Shown: one piece after another, positions 38,164 through 53,059 of the stretch | Position numbering within the stretch: position 1 is the stretch's first letter | How the letters are laid out: every line of letters begins with the position of its first letter | Assembly (NCBI RefSeq): GCF_006345805.1 | Contig: NC_043001.1 | Span: 103,292,001-103,356,000 of the forward strand | Length of the DNA stretch: 64,000 bases | Reading direction: 5' to 3' | Source: Octopus sinensis | Lineage: Eukaryota | Notes under the pieces: model-generated | The model's database searches: none | Seen by the model: only the letters and a program-made list of their open reading frames with translations | Told to the model about the DNA's origin: nothing | Translations under genes and position numbers: made by a program

Positions 38164-38199
38164 GTTTAACGTTTCGAGCAGATGCTCTTCTTCGGAGAC
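38164..38199 (-). ncRNA. Hammerhead-like motif, U4C family
   Basis: Minus strand GTCT-CCGAAGA-A-GAGC-atct-GCTC-GAAA-CG-TT-AAAC (one stem I mismatch). Confidence 0.45.
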
Positions 38200-38264
38200 T
38201 GCGGAAAGTCCAATAGAAGGAAGACGGAGGAAGGAATCGCCAACGATTCACATGTGGCTACATT

Positions 38265-38326
<62 letters not shown>

Positions 38327-38383
38327 ATACATACATATATATAACATATATACATACATATATATACATATATATATACATGC

Positions 38384-38433
<50 letters not shown>

Positions 38434-38916
38434 ATGGTGGAGTATGTGTATGAGTTGTATTTGTCCAACACCACCACTTAACTGGTGTTGGTGTATTTAT
38501 ATCTCCATAACTTAGCGGTTCGCCAAAAGATATCTATAGAATAGGTGCCAGGCTTTAAAGACAATTAATAAGTCTTGGGCGGTGATCCAGTATGGCCGCA
38601 GTCTAATGACTGAAACAAGTAGAAGAATGAAAGAAACACACACACACACACACACACGCACAAACACGAGAGTTTATATAATATTCACATATTGGGTGTA
38701 AGTTTGAGAAAGTATATGTTGTTGAATGATGGATGCATGTGTAAATAACCTTATATCCTGCTATTTTATTGCATGTATGTATATAAGTGTGTATATGTAA
38801 GTGTCACATCACGCCCATCCATGACCTCCACCTCTCTACACAATTATATGCGCACGCATATAATTGTGGTTTGTATGTCTGCAGAAGAGAATGTATAATT
38901 CTCTCTCTCTCCCTCC

Positions 38917-39000
<84 letters not shown>

Positions 39001-39715
39001 AAGAGTGTGTATACGTAGGTATTTGCGCATGCGTAAGTGTAAGCGCCCGTGTGTGTGTGTGGTGTGTGTGTGTGTTTGTGTGCGTGGTTGCGTGTATGTA
39101 GCGCGCGCGTGTGAATGTGTAATATGGGGCGATTGATATTAATATTGTAACACATTATTGGGAATAAACAATAATACTTGTCGCATACACAATACACACG
39201 CGTAGACGTACATACATATATATATACCCACATACATATATACAAGCACACATGCACCCATGCGTACACAAGCGGATTCTCCACTAGAGACACAAGCAAG
39301 AAGGCCGGCTCATCTCGCTTCCTCCGCACTGTTATAGGACAGACGCCATTCTGGCCACATCCCATTTTAATAATCAGTGGAAGTAAAACGAGAGACGAGG
39401 CGTTATTTAAGAAAGCTGTTAAGTTCAGCCAATATTATATATATATGTATATATTTGTAGCATTTTGTCTATATTATTATTTACTGCCAAAATAATCTGG
39501 TTGGCAGTTTTCCCGCTGTCATCTATATTACACTTAGATTTCGTATCCGATCGGACCTCTGAAGACCGTCTAAAGATAACATCTACTTGAAAAAGCGAAG
39601 GTAAATAACTTTAAAGAATTTTTTTTTTATTGTGTTTGTAATTATCAACGTTTTCTCTTGTAACGTCGCTGTTCTTCACGAACGATGGGAGCTTTTTCTT
39701 GGTTCGTTTGTTAAC

Positions 39716-39751
<36 letters not shown>

Positions 39752-39778
39752 TATTATTATTACTATTGTTATTATTGA

Positions 39779-40195
39779 GGCGGTGAGCTGGCAGAGTCGT
39801 TAGCACGCTGGACGAAATGCTTAGCGGTATTTCGCCAGCCGCTACGTTCTGAGTTCAAATTCGGCCGAGGTTGACTTTGTTTTTCCTCCTTTCGAGGTCG
39901 ATAAATTGAGTACCAGTTGCGTACTGGGGTCGATCTAATCGATTGGACCCCTTCCCCACAAATGCCGTGCCTTGTGCCTAGAGTAGGAAAGTTTATTATT
40001 ATTACTCTTAAGGTGACGAGCTGGCAGAATCGTTAGCACGCTGCTATCGTTACGCTCTGAGTTCAAATTCCGCCGAAGTCGACTTTGCCGTTCATCTTTT
40101 CGGGGGTTGATGAAATAAATACCAGTTATACACTGGAATCGATGTCATCGACTATCCTCTCCCCCAAATTTTCAGGCTTTGTGCCTACAGTAGAA
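39779..40195 (+). mobile_element. Two family A SINEs in tandem
   Basis: Heads at 39779 and about 40011; further copies at 40902-41100 and 41140-41300. Confidence 0.75.
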
Positions 40196-40205
40196 ATAAT
40201 TATTA

Positions 40206-40290
<85 letters not shown>

Positions 40291-40836
40291 CTTTGAGAGA
40301 GTAGTGCATGCCATCAAAGTGACTCTGGGGTAAAATATACGAAGCCCAGTATACCCATCATGACTACCCGTCTGATAAGGGTACACTAGGCACATGCATC
40401 ACAACCATGTGCGCGACATGATGAACTCATATCAAGATAAACAGCGCATGACCTTGCAGGTTAGAATCCGCTACAAGTCGAGTAGCCCATCCCGCTCAAA
40501 AGGTCCCTGAATAAGGTTTGTTTAAGGATGTTGAATGAAACACCGATGTTTCCAGAGGTGAATTATTCAAACCTCAAAGAATCCTTCTCAACACATGGCT
40601 ATGAAGCTCCTCCACTACTTCTGCTCATGATCAGAGATGCACATTTCGTCAGCCACTAAGGGACATGCTCAACTGGTTAAGGTCAAACAACTGACAAGCA
40701 GATCTATGGTATTGAGCAGAATATTTGCTGTAGCCCATCTTTTATACCAAGACAAAACAATGTACAGGATAACACTTCCAATCAGTTAAGATCAGAAGCC
40801 ATGAGAGCCACTGCCTAGTACTGCATCAGGGCATTT
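40291..40836 (-). mobile_element. About 550-bp non-coding interspersed element flanked by (TAA)n
   Basis: Reverse-complement homologue at 46757-47314; (TTA)n on both sides. Confidence 0.75.
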
Positions 40837-41510
40837 ATTATTATTATTATTGTGTTGTTGTTGTTTTTCGTTTTTGTTCTTGTTGTTATTGTCATTATCT
40901 AAGGCAGCGAGCTGGCAGAATCGTTAGCACGCCGCGCGAAATACTTCGCGGTACTTCGTCTGCTGCTATGTTCTGAGTTCGAATTCCACAGAGGTCGATT
41001 TTGCCTTTCATCTTTTGGGGTCGATTAAATAAGTACCAGTTGAACACTAGGGTCGATGTGACCGACTTAGTCTCTCCCACCATAATAGCTGCCCTAGTGG
41101 CAAACTCTGAAACCTTTATTATTGCTGTTGTTGTCTTTAAGGCGGTGAGTTGGCAGAATTGTTATCACGCCGGACAAAATGCTTAGCGGTATTTCATCCG
41201 TCTTTATGTTCTGAGTTCAAATTTTGCTGAAGTTGACTGCTTTCCCTTCCTGCAGGGTCCGTAAATATAACGTCCCAGTTAAATACTGTGGTCAGCTTAA
41301 TCCCCTAATCTTCCTCAAAATTCCAAACTTGAACCGAGATTAACTCCACCACCCCCACCTCGGAAAAATTCCCATATTATTATTATTTTATTATTATTAT
41401 TATTATTATTGTTGTTGTTGTTGTTGTTGTTGCTGCTGTTTTTGTTGTTGTTATTGTTGTTGTTGTTGTTGTTATTATTATTATTATTGTTGTTGTTGTT
41501 GTTGTTGTTG

Positions 41511-41565
<55 letters not shown>

Positions 41566-42424
41566 CGTTGTTGTTGTTGTTGATTTATCTTCTCACGTTC
41601 GCCATGAAAAATGTCCTCTGCGGCTTCTCTTTCAAATTTATGTCCTCCAGTCAATGTAATAAGTTTTTTTTTTATTTCCTCATTGGGAAGCGGGACGGTA
41701 AAGAGAGACAGAGAAAGTTTTCAAAGCTTATGACATTTAGTACTGAAACATCGCTGTTCGTATCTATGTGGAAATCCAAGCCGAGTCGACTTCATATTCA
41801 TTGACTGAAGTCCAGTTCTGCACAGCAATCACGCACACACACACACACACACATAACACACACACTCTCTCTCTCTTTCTCTCTCTTTCTCTCTCCCTCT
41901 CTCTCTCTCTATTTCCCTCTCTCCATCTCTCTCCCTCCTCTCTCTCTCTCGCAATGTTCTCATTATCCGAAGTAAATACATCATTGCAAAGAAACAGATG
42001 TCAGCCGATCCAGTTAAAAACTGGACAAAATATTTTCTGCTATTTACGACATTTACATTGCATTTTATTCTCGGTATTTTTTTTTTCAATGACATTCCTG
42101 CCAAATACCGATTTCGATTAAATTGTCTGCCAATCACCCCGTACCTGTTCGATACTGTTCACCCTTGGCGCGAATATAAAAATTCCCTCATATTTTATTA
42201 AACCAAAGAAATTAATTTTGTCATAATAGGGCCATCGATTGGCCGAAACGGACGGTAGAAGGGTGAACCAATGTTTCCGGGATGTGAAGCCACACTTTTA
42301 CGTATCTCAGATCACCTCACATCAAATAAATCTTGCTTTACGGACTCCCGGCGAATAATATAATAACAGTGAAGTATTCAAGGGGATCTATGCTTTTATA
42401 CGTACGTTCTCTCCGTAGGGTTAG

Positions 42425-42752
42425 AATGGCTCTCCGTCGGTTACGACGACGAGTGTTCCAGTTGATCCGATCAACGGAACAGCCTACTCGTGAAATTCAC
42501 GTGCAAGTGGCTGAGCACTCCACAGACACGCGGACCCTTAACGTAATTCTCAGGAAGAGTCAATGTGATACAGAATGAGACAAGGCCGGCCCCTTGGAAT
42601 TACGGGTACCACTCATTTTTTTTTTCCAGCTGAGTCGACTGAGGCAACATGAAATAAAGTGTCTTGCTCAAGGGCGCAATGTACCCCTGCGAATCGAACT
42701 CACAACCTTACGAACGTGAGCTGAATACCCCTAACCACTAAGACATACGCCT
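42425..42752 (-). mobile_element. Family C SINE
   Basis: Homologous to 5378-5692. Confidence 0.7.
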
Positions 42753-43328
42753 TAGGTCTAGACTACAGGATTATCTGCAGTCATAAATCTACGCAGAAAA
42801 ACGCCAAGGGAAGTGACTCTGAGTGAGTCATCATGGTACAGTTGACTTCTCACCGCTACCGTGACAACAAACGTCATTTCTTCTAATATAATAAATGCAA
42901 ATGTCAGTGTGTCGGTGTGTCACACTTGTTCAACTTTTCTCTTAGAGGCCGTAGCTCAACACACCATTTTGGAGTAAGGTCGACTCCGTGAGTAAATAAA
43001 AAACATTCCAGGCCGAATCTTGACCCACAATCCGGAAATTTTGGATTCCCAAGTTTTCATTACTGCAATTGTTTTCGGCGGTCTTTTTACGTGTTTTTTT
43101 TTTGCGACAAATTTTTTTGTACGATAATTTTTATAACTTAGAAATAAATTTTGGGAAGAATCGAAATTAATTGCGAAATCCAGCAACAATTTTTGGCGAT
43201 TTGTTTTTTGTGATTTTTAGCGAGGAATACGATCATCATTGGGATATGACCCCGGAGGAACCAACTGCAACAAATTCTACAAAACAAGTCAGAGATCTGT
43301 TTGTAGATCTTCCCATTCAGGGCCAGTT

Positions 43329-43370
43329 GCTTAAAATCCGCCCTATCAGGCGGGGCGGATTTTAAGCTAG
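43329..43370 (+). other. 15-bp perfect hairpin followed by CTAG|T; Helitron-like 3' terminus
   Basis: gcttaaaatccgccc-tatcaggcg-gggcggattttaagc then tag; 5' end not identified. Confidence 0.45.
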
Positions 43371-43966
43371 TTAACTATAAATTTGAAAAATGAGTCAAAG
43401 GAGAATAGATACGACTAGATGAAATTTCCAAGCAGTTAAAATGCACTCATCTCCGATATCCAAGTGGCTAAGAAGTGTTCGGCAGAAGGGCACCTACAAG
43501 TCATAACCTGAATGCAGCTCAGCCCTGTTAGAGTGCAAGAAATTAAGGACTGAAACATTTGCCTGACTGGGGTTTCTTTTCTGAAGAGCTTCTCCTCTGA
43601 CGAAATAAATATTTCAAATCTGATTTTGTTTTATTACTTCCTTGCACCAATCGCTCCTTACCTCAACCCTTTCTTATTTTCCCCATACATCCGATTCCTA
43701 TGGTTTAAATTCCCCAATGTTTTGAAAATCTATTTACTTGCAAGATGTGATATCTTTCTTATCTTCCCTTTTACTAAAATGTTTAGGTGAAGCGCGGCGT
43801 TTTTCATTCTTTATTTCGCAATGTTAAGTTCATTTCGTTCACTTTTTATTCAGAAATATATTAATGTTACCTCTTTTAGCTTTCTTTCGTTCCTGCCTTT
43901 GCGTGTCTGTGTGCGTGCACATGTGTGCATGTCTTTATTGATTCGTTTTAATTAGCATAGCCTTAA

Positions 43967-44230
43967 AATGGCGAGCTTGCACAATCGTTACCACGCTAGG
44001 CAAAATGCTTACTGGCACTTCGTCTGCTATTACGTGAGTTCAAATTCCATTGGGATCGTCTTTGCCTTTCATCTTTTCCAGTTCGGTAAAATGAGTACCA
44101 GTAGAGCCCTGGGTTCGATGTAATCGACCTGTCCCCAGTCCGAAATTTCAGGCCTTGTGCTTATAATAAAAAGGATTAATTAGCATATTCTTAGAGCGTA
44201 TATTACTACTACTACTACTACTACTACTAC

Positions 44231-44264
<34 letters not shown>

Positions 44265-44485
44265 AATAATAATCCTTTCTACTAAAGGTACAAAGCCTGA
44301 AATGTAGGTCGATGGAAACTAGTCGATTACATCGATCCCAGTGTTTCACTGGTACCTAATTTCTCGACCCCGAAAGGATGAAAGGCAAAGTCGAATTCGG
44401 TGGAATTTGAACTCAGGACATTGTGACCGACGAAATATCGCTAAGAATTTTATCCGGCGTGCTAACGATTCTGTCAACTCACTGC
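43967..44485. mobile_element. Two family A SINEs tail-to-tail (+ 43967-44172, - 44275-44485)
   Basis: Central domain present in both orientations, separated by (TAC)n/(TAA)n. Confidence 0.7.
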
Positions 44486-44530
44486 CTTAATAATAATAAT
44501 TGATGATAATAATAATAACAATAATAATGT

Positions 44531-44610
<80 letters not shown>

Positions 44611-44651
44611 TTGATGATGATGATGATGATAATAATAATAATAATAATAAT

Positions 44652-45015
44652 AGAAAGCAAACGATGTTGAATCATAGATACAGCGTGCCCATCTGACAAC
44701 AAGGTTTGCAATAAGGAAGAAAGAAAAGATGAGAGATATGACAGGTTAGCTTTGGAGGTTAAGCAGTTGTGGTCGCTGAAAAAGGTGGTAGTAGTACCAA
44801 TAACTGTCAGAGCCCTGGGAACAGTGAGCAAAAATCTCGAGAAGTATGTGGAACAAATAGGGGCTGCAATAAGGGTGGAGCACTTGCAGAAAACAGCACT
44901 GCTTGGAACTGCTCGAATACTCCGGAAGGTGCTCGAAAAATAAGAGGTGTTACCTTAGTTCACGGGTAGTGAACAGCTGACACCATAGTACATCGCCAGT
45001 ATCAGAAGTTGTGTT
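44652..45015 (+). mobile_element. 3' fragment of an RLE-type (R4/Dong-like) LINE within (TAA)n
   Basis: IIDTACPSD..V..KEERK..RY..LA.EVKQLW..KKVVVVPI..RALG...LQKTALLGTARILRKVL. Confidence 0.8.
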
Positions 45016-45041
45016 AAGACAATAAAATAATAATAATAATA

Positions 45042-45179
<138 letters not shown>

Positions 45180-46756
45180 GACACAGTCATAAGAGAGCTT
45201 GAGCAGACATAGTCATAAGAGAGCTTGAGCAAGAACAAACATACAAATATTTAGGGATAAATGAAGGCTCTGGTATTCAGCATGCAAGCATGAAAGAGAA
45301 GATCAGGAAGGAATGTTATAGGAGAGTTCGTGCAGTCCTGAAATCTGAACTAAATGCACGTAACAATGTGTTAGCTATAAATTCCTTAGCAGTTCCAGTT
45401 GTTACTTATAGCTACAATGTTTTGAACTGGAATATGAGTGAAGTAAAGAATATAGATAGGAAAATATGCAAGCTGCTGAGTTGTAATAGGATGCACCACC
45501 CAAAGGCAGACGTAGATCGCCTTTACCTTCCCAGAGCCCAAGGAGGTCGAGGCCTGATCTAATTTGAACTAGCTTACAAATCAACCACAATTGGACTGGC
45601 CAAATATCTCGAAATAACGAATGACTGGATGCTAAAGCTCGTGGAAAATCACGAGAGACGAAAGAAGCTTCATTCTATCATAAAGGAAAGCAAAAAAATT
45701 GCTATTGATCTCGTGCAGGATACCCAAACTGAACAACTCGAGAGAAGTACGGCAACTATTGTTGCAAAGAAGGTGAAAATAATGGCAACGAAAAAAGCTC
45801 ACGAGCAATTGGCTGATAGGTGGGAGGAGAAACCTCTGCACGGCAAATATGTGGCCCGCAGCAAACAAGCTGATGTTGACCCGAAGCAAACCCATCAGTG
45901 GCTACGGAGCTCAGGGCTAAAAGCAGAGAGCGAAGGTTTCATCCTGGCTGCTCAAGATCAAAGCCTATTAACTCGGAACTACCAGGCCAATGTGATGAAA
46001 AATGGAGCAGACCCAAAATGCCAATTCTGCAACAACATGATTGAAACAGTGGACCACCTAATCTCTGGATGTAAAGTCTTAGCACCAGTGGAGTATAAAT
46101 TAAGACATGACAGAGTTGGCCAATATCTACACTGGCTAATAAGTCGGCATTACAATATCAAAACTGCCGACAAGTGGTATAATCACCACCCTGAAGCTGT
46201 AACTGAAGGAGAAAATGTAACGATTCTGTGGACTTTCCAGTAATACAGACCGAACCATCAAAGCCAGTAAACCAGATATTGTTGTGAAGGACCAAAACCA
46301 TAAAGTTTGCTTATTGATCGACATGAGCATCCCCTGTGATCATAATATCTCGGCGAAAGAGTTTGAGAAGCTCAGAAAATATAAAGACCTACTCATTGAA
46401 ATTGAGAAAATGTGGCATCTCAAGGCGGTTACAATACCAGTGATCGTAGGAGCACTAGGAATGATCAAGAAGGGAACCGAAAATTATATGAGAATGATCC
46501 CTGGCTTACCATCCCTGCAAGAAGTGCAAAAGATAGTCTTAATTGGTACATCACACGTATTGAGAAGAGCATTGTCGATGTGAGAACTATTACTACCCAT
46601 GTATTTTAATTTAACTTAAAAAAAAGAATGAACGAACTATTGAGTTTAGTTTAATGGCCTACCAATGTATACTATGAGTTTCTTTGCCCCAGGAGTCGGG
46701 AAGACATTCAGAAAGAAATGGAAGCAAATTTGAAAGAAGAAAAAAAAAATAATACT
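45180..46756 (+). pseudogene. 5'-truncated R4/Dong-like non-LTR retrotransposon (RT thumb, CCHC, RLE endonuclease) with stop codons/frameshift
   Basis: YKYLG, RLYLPRAQGGRGL, CQFC..MIETVDHLISGC, KPDIVV, IDMSIP, KYKDL, PVIVGALG across track ORFs 45290-45562, 45629-46243 and 46284-46583; preceded by (TAA)n. Confidence 0.9.
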
Positions 46757-47314
46757 AAATGCTCTGATGCAGTACCAGGAAGTGGCTCTCATGGCTCCTG
46801 ATCTTAACTGATTGGAAGTGTTATCATGTACATTGTTTTGTCTTGGTATAAAAGATGGACTACAGCAAATATTCTGCTCAATACCACAGATTTGCTTTGT
46901 CAGTTGTTTGACCATAACCAGTTGAGCATGTCCCTTAGTGGCTGACGATATGTGCATCTCTGATCATGAGCAGAAGTAGTGGGGCAGCTTCATAGCCATG
47001 TGTTGAGAGGGATTCTTTGAGGTTTGGGTAATTCCTCTTTGGAAACATGGTGTTTCGTTCAACATCCTTAAACAACCCTTCTTCAGGGACATTTTGAGTG
47101 GGATGGGCTACTCCACTTGAAGAAAATTCTAACTGGGCCCCAGCTGCAAGGTCATGTGCTGTTTATCTTGATATGAGATCACCATGTCGCGTACATATGT
47201 TTGTGATGCATGTGCCTAGTGTACCCTTATCAGACGGGTAGTTATGATGGGTATACTGGGCTTCGTATATTTTACCCCAGTGTCACTTTGATGGCATGCA
47301 CTGCTCTCTCACTC
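46757..47314 (+). mobile_element. About 550-bp non-coding element with (TAA)n tail
   Basis: Homologous to 40291-40836 (opposite strand). Confidence 0.75.
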
Positions 47315-47378
<64 letters not shown>

Positions 47379-49849
47379 GTTTCTGCAGTAGCTCAAGAGT
47401 TAGTACATACAAAAGAGAAGATTCAAGAAGAACAAGCTTGAAAAATTGAGCGCATAACTTTGAATGGTTCCAATAGTTGGTCATTCATTCTCCCAGCCAC
47501 TGAGTAGATGTTACTGTACATTGCAACGATCCAACCGCAAAAGATTGGATGAAAACCGGTTGCCTATTGCGGGCCAGGCGACTCATCTCTAGTTGGCTGT
47601 GGATGCTTCCACAAGCAGTTATTTGAATATAATTTTTTTTTAAAATTGATATTTCTCTGAAATCTCTTATTGCATTGGGATACTTGTTTCTTTTCATAGT
47701 ACTGTATACGCTTTGAGCGGTTTAGATGGTTTTTATTGTGTACTGGAGTGCTTTTCGTTGGTATGATCAAATAGTTTTGACTGCATCTGTACGCGTTTCC
47801 TTAATGCTGTTGTTTGTATTTATGGCAGTATAATTTATAATGTTTCTAAGCGGCCATCATTAATGTTGGTGCATAATGGGGTTTGCTGCTGTTTGTGATG
47901 GCATTTGTCTTTGTGGTGGTGGTGGTGGTGCTGATAATGATGGGGATGGTGGTAGCGATACTGGTGGTTTTGTTGCTGTTGTTCGAGATGAGGTTGGTGC
48001 TTCGTTGTTTGGAAACATTCCTAGCGTCCGTTTGCACTTCCCAGCTTTCTGGTGGCTCTTTTTTTCTTCTTCTTCTTTTTTCTCTTTTCTTGTTTATTGT
48101 TTCCATTTTCCCTTCTCCGCCGCCTTCACCACACAATATGTTCGTGTAGTGTCAGCCAAGGAGAAGCATATATCGAGGGCCGTCATGTTTTTTGTATGAT
48201 TCTCGTTATTTAAAGGCTTTCAGTTGCTGTTGTTATGGGAGGCGATGTGGTGACTCTTGAGGGTGGGGTTTCTCTTTAAGTTATTCTTGTTGCTGTGGTT
48301 TCCACTGTTTCTGCTGCTGCTGCTGCTGCTGTTACTTTTGGTTTCTCGGCTGCTGCTTTTAATGGTTGCAGTTGCCGCTGCCATTATGACTGTTGCCAAT
48401 GTGCGCTGCCGTTGGTACCATTGCTATTGCAGTGATGGTGCCGACAGAAGTGAGGAACGAGTCACACTTTCTTTATTCGTTTCAATCGACAGTTCCATGC
48501 TTTTGCCCGATCAATTCTTTTCTGCAGCCTCTCAACCAGCAGAATATAATCGAAGAAAATAGCCACTACTAACCAGCAAATTCCTCTCTTCTTTTACTTG
48601 TTTCAGTCATTGGACTGCGGCCATGCTGGGGCACCGGTTTGACGGTTTTAGCTGAACAAATCGACCCCAGTATATATTAATTATTTTTCATGCCTGAGCC
48701 TTATTTTATCGGGTTCTTCTGCTGAATTGCTAAGCGTATATATATATATAAGAATATTTTGCGTAATAAGATAAAAAGCCAAGGCTGTATAGATATTAGA
48801 GCATTTATAGATAGAAGGTCTTCTATACAACCTTGTTTTTTTATCTTATTACGCACAAAAGTCTTATATACACACGCTGACATAAAACCAACATTGAACC
48901 CTTTATTCGCAATATTACCGAATCTGGAACTTAACTATGGTCTGTCTATAGCACTTATTCAGCACTACCTGACACCTTTGGGTCTCAATAACATCATTAT
49001 CTTTTATAACCTCAACTTTTCGCTATATATATTGATTAGTTACTTAATAGACCGATCACGTGAAACTACTGTATTTCGGTCGTGGTGCACGAAATGTTAC
49101 TTAGCGATTCAATTTCGAACCACCGCTACACACTTTTCAGATTTGGTTCTTGTCAGATCGATTCGAGAATGTTTAGGTTTATGTTTCAGCCAAACTGTAT
49201 CAATAGGTTTAAATTTATTTTTAATTCCTGAAACTTTAACTTAATCACTTCCTTCTATCGCTCGGCGTTTGCGAACCCAGACAACTTCGAATTTTAGGAA
49301 TTGTGATGTCTTACGTTTTATATGCGCTGCTGTTAATAGTGGTGGTGGCGACAGCGAAGGTGGAGTTCTCAAGTGTGTTGGATCGATAATTTCATCTTTC
49401 TTTTTTTATTTTTTATTATTCATTACTGTTGTTTTTGTGCCCATTATTCTTATTGTTGTCGTAGTTATATAAGCTTACATTTATATACATATATGCCTAT
49501 GTATATAAGCGCACATACAAATAAATACGTACATGTACATATGCGTACATGCAGGCCTATATATGTGAATATGTGTGTGTATGCATGTATGTGCATATGT
49601 GTGTATATATGAATACAAATACACAGGTTAATATATACGTAAATGTATATATCGAATTGCTAATATATTGAGAGCTGCAATAAAATAGATACACACGCAC
49701 ACACACACCCACATGTATGCATTTATTGTACAACTTGTGGATTTGAATGTGTATAAAACATGTATTTATAAGTGTATAAAACATGTATCCGTAAATATAT
49801 ATATATATATCCACAATTCCACAATTATATATATTGTTTGTTCCTTCTC

Positions 49850-50138
49850 GAGCCATGCCTGGCACCTAAGGCCTAGTTTCCCGGTTTCCTTGGCCTATAG
49901 GTTCCCCACCTGGACGGGACGCCGGTCCGTCGCAAGTGAGCTGCAAGATGCAGGAGGAAAAAGTAAGCGAAATTTGTGGCGAAAGAATCAGCAAAAGTTC
50001 GCCATTACCTTCTGCCGGAGCCGTGTGGGGCTTGGGTGTTTCTCTCATAAACACACACATCGCCCGGTCTGAGATTCGAACTCTCGATCCCTCGACCGCA
50101 AGTCCGCTTCTCTAACCACTAAGTCATGTGCCTCCACT
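49850..50138 (-). mobile_element. tRNA-derived SINE (family D)
   Basis: Minus-strand head gtggaggcacatgacttagtggttag...gagttcgaatctc; body differs from families A-C. Confidence 0.6.
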
Positions 50139-50829
50139 TATATACACATGCATATAATTATATATGCATATACATAAATGCATATATACCTATACACATA
50201 CATATTTGCTAATATACATATATTCATAATATATATTCATATATTAATACACACACACACACACATAAACACATAAGCACACACCATCCATCAGTGAGGA
50301 GATTAAGTGTCTGCTGCTCATCTTCAGGCGCCAATCAATTCCTCTCTAGCATCGCATGCCTGGCGCCACAACCAATTCTCGAGTGTCCGTCCTGTTGCAC
50401 TTAAACAACAGTGGAGTTACATCAAAACCAATGTTGAATCTGCGTGAGTGTGCCTACATATATGTTCAGAAGTATACACACGTGTATATGTATATGTATT
50501 TATTATTCTTAGAGATGAACATTGTTGACTGTAACTTCGACCAGTTAAGCCATTGAAGTCGCTGTCAATAATATTCCCGTTAAAGAATAATAATCTTTTT
50601 TTACAAAAGTATCAAGTCAGCAGATTAAAGTAAAACTGATTTTATTAAAGCTGAACATAAAGAAATCTTGAAATAAAACTGAATTCTGACATAGATAGAT
50701 AGATAAATAGATACTCTTGCGTCTCACGTTTGATCTCCGACTTCTGGCCAGAATCGCCATGTTGAGTCGCTAGCTTCTGCACGCATTTTTTTCTCTCCTT
50801 GTTTCTCTCTGTGTTTCTTTTCTGTGTAT

Positions 50830-50865
50830 TTTTCTGTTGAAGAGCGTAGGCTCGAAACGTAAAAG
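50830..50865 (+). ncRNA. Hammerhead-like motif, A6U family
   Basis: TTTT-CTGTTGA-A-GAGC-gtag-GCTC-GAAA-CG-TA-AAAG. Confidence 0.55.
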
Positions 50866-50972
50866 ACTTGTTTTATTTATATTCCTGAGCGCCATACTAA
50901 TACAATTGTTTGTTTGTACTCCACCTGCCTTCGTCTTTTGTTTATTTTCATAAAGCTTCCATTATATATATA

Positions 50973-51012
<40 letters not shown>

Positions 51013-51017
51013 TATAT

Positions 51018-51072
<55 letters not shown>

Positions 51073-51090
51073 CATACATACATACATACA

Positions 51091-51124
<34 letters not shown>

Positions 51125-51140
51125 CATACATACATACATA

Positions 51141-51345
51141 TGCTGAACTATTGAGAAATCTGCAGTTACTCTATCCAGATTACAAGTTCAGGTTTATACC
51201 TATAATTATTGGGGCAGCGGGGTATGTAATACACTACCTGAATACCAATCTCAAAACCAGAAAAGAGAAAGCTAATTCGAAGACTACAGATCTGTAACTA
51301 TACGCATGAACATACATACATAAAACATACAAATTTGCGCTTTCA
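51141..51345 (+). mobile_element. RLE-type LINE 3' fragment within (TACA)n
   Basis: YAELLRNLQLLYPDYKFRFIPIIIGAAGYV; 3' UTR shared with 26087-26367. Confidence 0.7.
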
Positions 51346-51469
51346 TACATACATACATACATACATACATACATACATACATACATACATACATACATAC
51401 ATACATACATACATACATACATACATACATACAGTTCTCAATCCTAGCCTGATAGAGATGGACATTAAA

Positions 51470-51660
51470 AATGACCTTGTTCCCTCTGACTTTTGGTTGC
51501 TCCTCAAGCTGACGGACATCTTCAATGGCAGTCATTTTGTACACATCGATTAATTAGATGAAGAAGGGGACTGTGGAAAGGGTCCTGGACACGATCCCAC
51601 TGGGAAACGTCCAAGGGGCCTTCACGGAGTGGCAGAAGTGCTACAGCAAATGCATTTAAG
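51470..51660 (+). pseudogene. Mariner transposase C-terminal remnant
   Basis: DLVPSDFWLLLKL..F.GSHF and VLDTIPL..VQGAFTEW.KCY.KCI resemble the mariner DLAPxDF region. Confidence 0.6.
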
Positions 51661-52900
51661 TCAGAGGATTATACTTAGTGGGAGATTAGAGTTTTGCAGT
51701 TCTTTGAAATTAACAAATGTCTTGCTTGAAAAAAAAATCCTCACAACACACACACACGTCTGTATTATTTTATTTTTTAGATGTAAAGTGTAAAGTTTCA
51801 AAATATTTCAAAAAGAAAATAGTAATACCGTTTGTAATGAAGACACAAATAGTGAAAATATTTAATCATCCATTAAAACAAGGAGGGCTACAAATGATGA
51901 AAGATATCGAAAGATTGAAGCGCAGACAGAGGTGAGATAACGGCCGTTGTAGGGGGATATAAACTTGTATTGATTTTGAAAGGAGATGTATGAAAATAAC
52001 ACTGTGATGTTGAAGTGAAGAGTGGTAGAACATTAGGAAGGGATGGGGAGGTGTGTTGATGCTAAGAACGAATGGTAAAGGTTAAAGTTTTAGAAGAATA
52101 TTTCAGATGTAAATCGGTTATTGAGAAAAGATTTTTAAAAATACGAATTAAAATAGCAATATATTTTTGAAGTGAAGTTTGAAAGGGCACTAGGAGAGGA
52201 AGGAGAGATGCGTTGTTGGATGAGGGCGAATAGCAAAGTGAGATATTTCTATGCCTTGCTTCGTATCGTTTAAATAGGACCAATCAGGAATTCAACTACT
52301 TGTTTGGAATCGGTATCATATGCCAGTCCTACAGCAAAATGCTTGTCACGTGTACACGTTACTTGAATCTACACGAAGCATCAGTGACTGGCCTCGTTGC
52401 GCCGACTTACTGGTATTCAATGTCAGACACAGGCCCAGAAATATACCAGTTATATCATTTACAATACTTTTTTTTGTTTAACGTGTTACAATTTTTTTCC
52501 CGAAAATATATCTGATTAGCTCCTACAGCCAGATGCTCGCAGAACCAAAAGATGTCTATAATACTTCGACCAGCCCATCCATTAAACTTCATGAATTTTT
52601 ACGCATTACCTTTGGTTTCGAAACTCCAGTCATGGATTTCAAAGAACACATATGGTCTATCTTTTATATATGCTTACATAAACAGTCTGTTAATCGCAAC
52701 ATCCACTGAGAAGGCTGTGTAGTAAGTAGTTTGCTTCCCAACCAGATGGATCCGGGTTCAATGCCATCGCACAGCACCTTGGACAAGTGACAACAAAAGC
52801 CTTGTGAGTAGATTTGGTTGACAAACTGAAAGAAGCCTGTTGCACGCACACACACATACACACACACACACACATACATACATACATACATACATACATA

Positions 52901-52939
<39 letters not shown>

Positions 52940-52944
52940 TACAT

Positions 52945-52978
<34 letters not shown>

Positions 52979-53024
52979 CACACACACACACACCACACAC
53001 ACACACATACACACACACACACAC

Positions 53025-53056
<32 letters not shown>

Positions 53057-53059
<3 letters not shown>

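Noticed and set aside
43575-43622. CTGAAGA...GAAA pair
   Set aside because: Stem II and helix III do not pair adequately.
46757-46840. HDV-like ribozyme at the 5' end of the 550-bp TAA element
   Set aside because: Could not build the nested double pseudoknot by eye.
47380-48590. Possible decayed retroelement ORF on the minus strand
   Set aside because: Only low-complexity T/N/Q stretches and faint resemblance to GIY-YIG; cannot be assigned.
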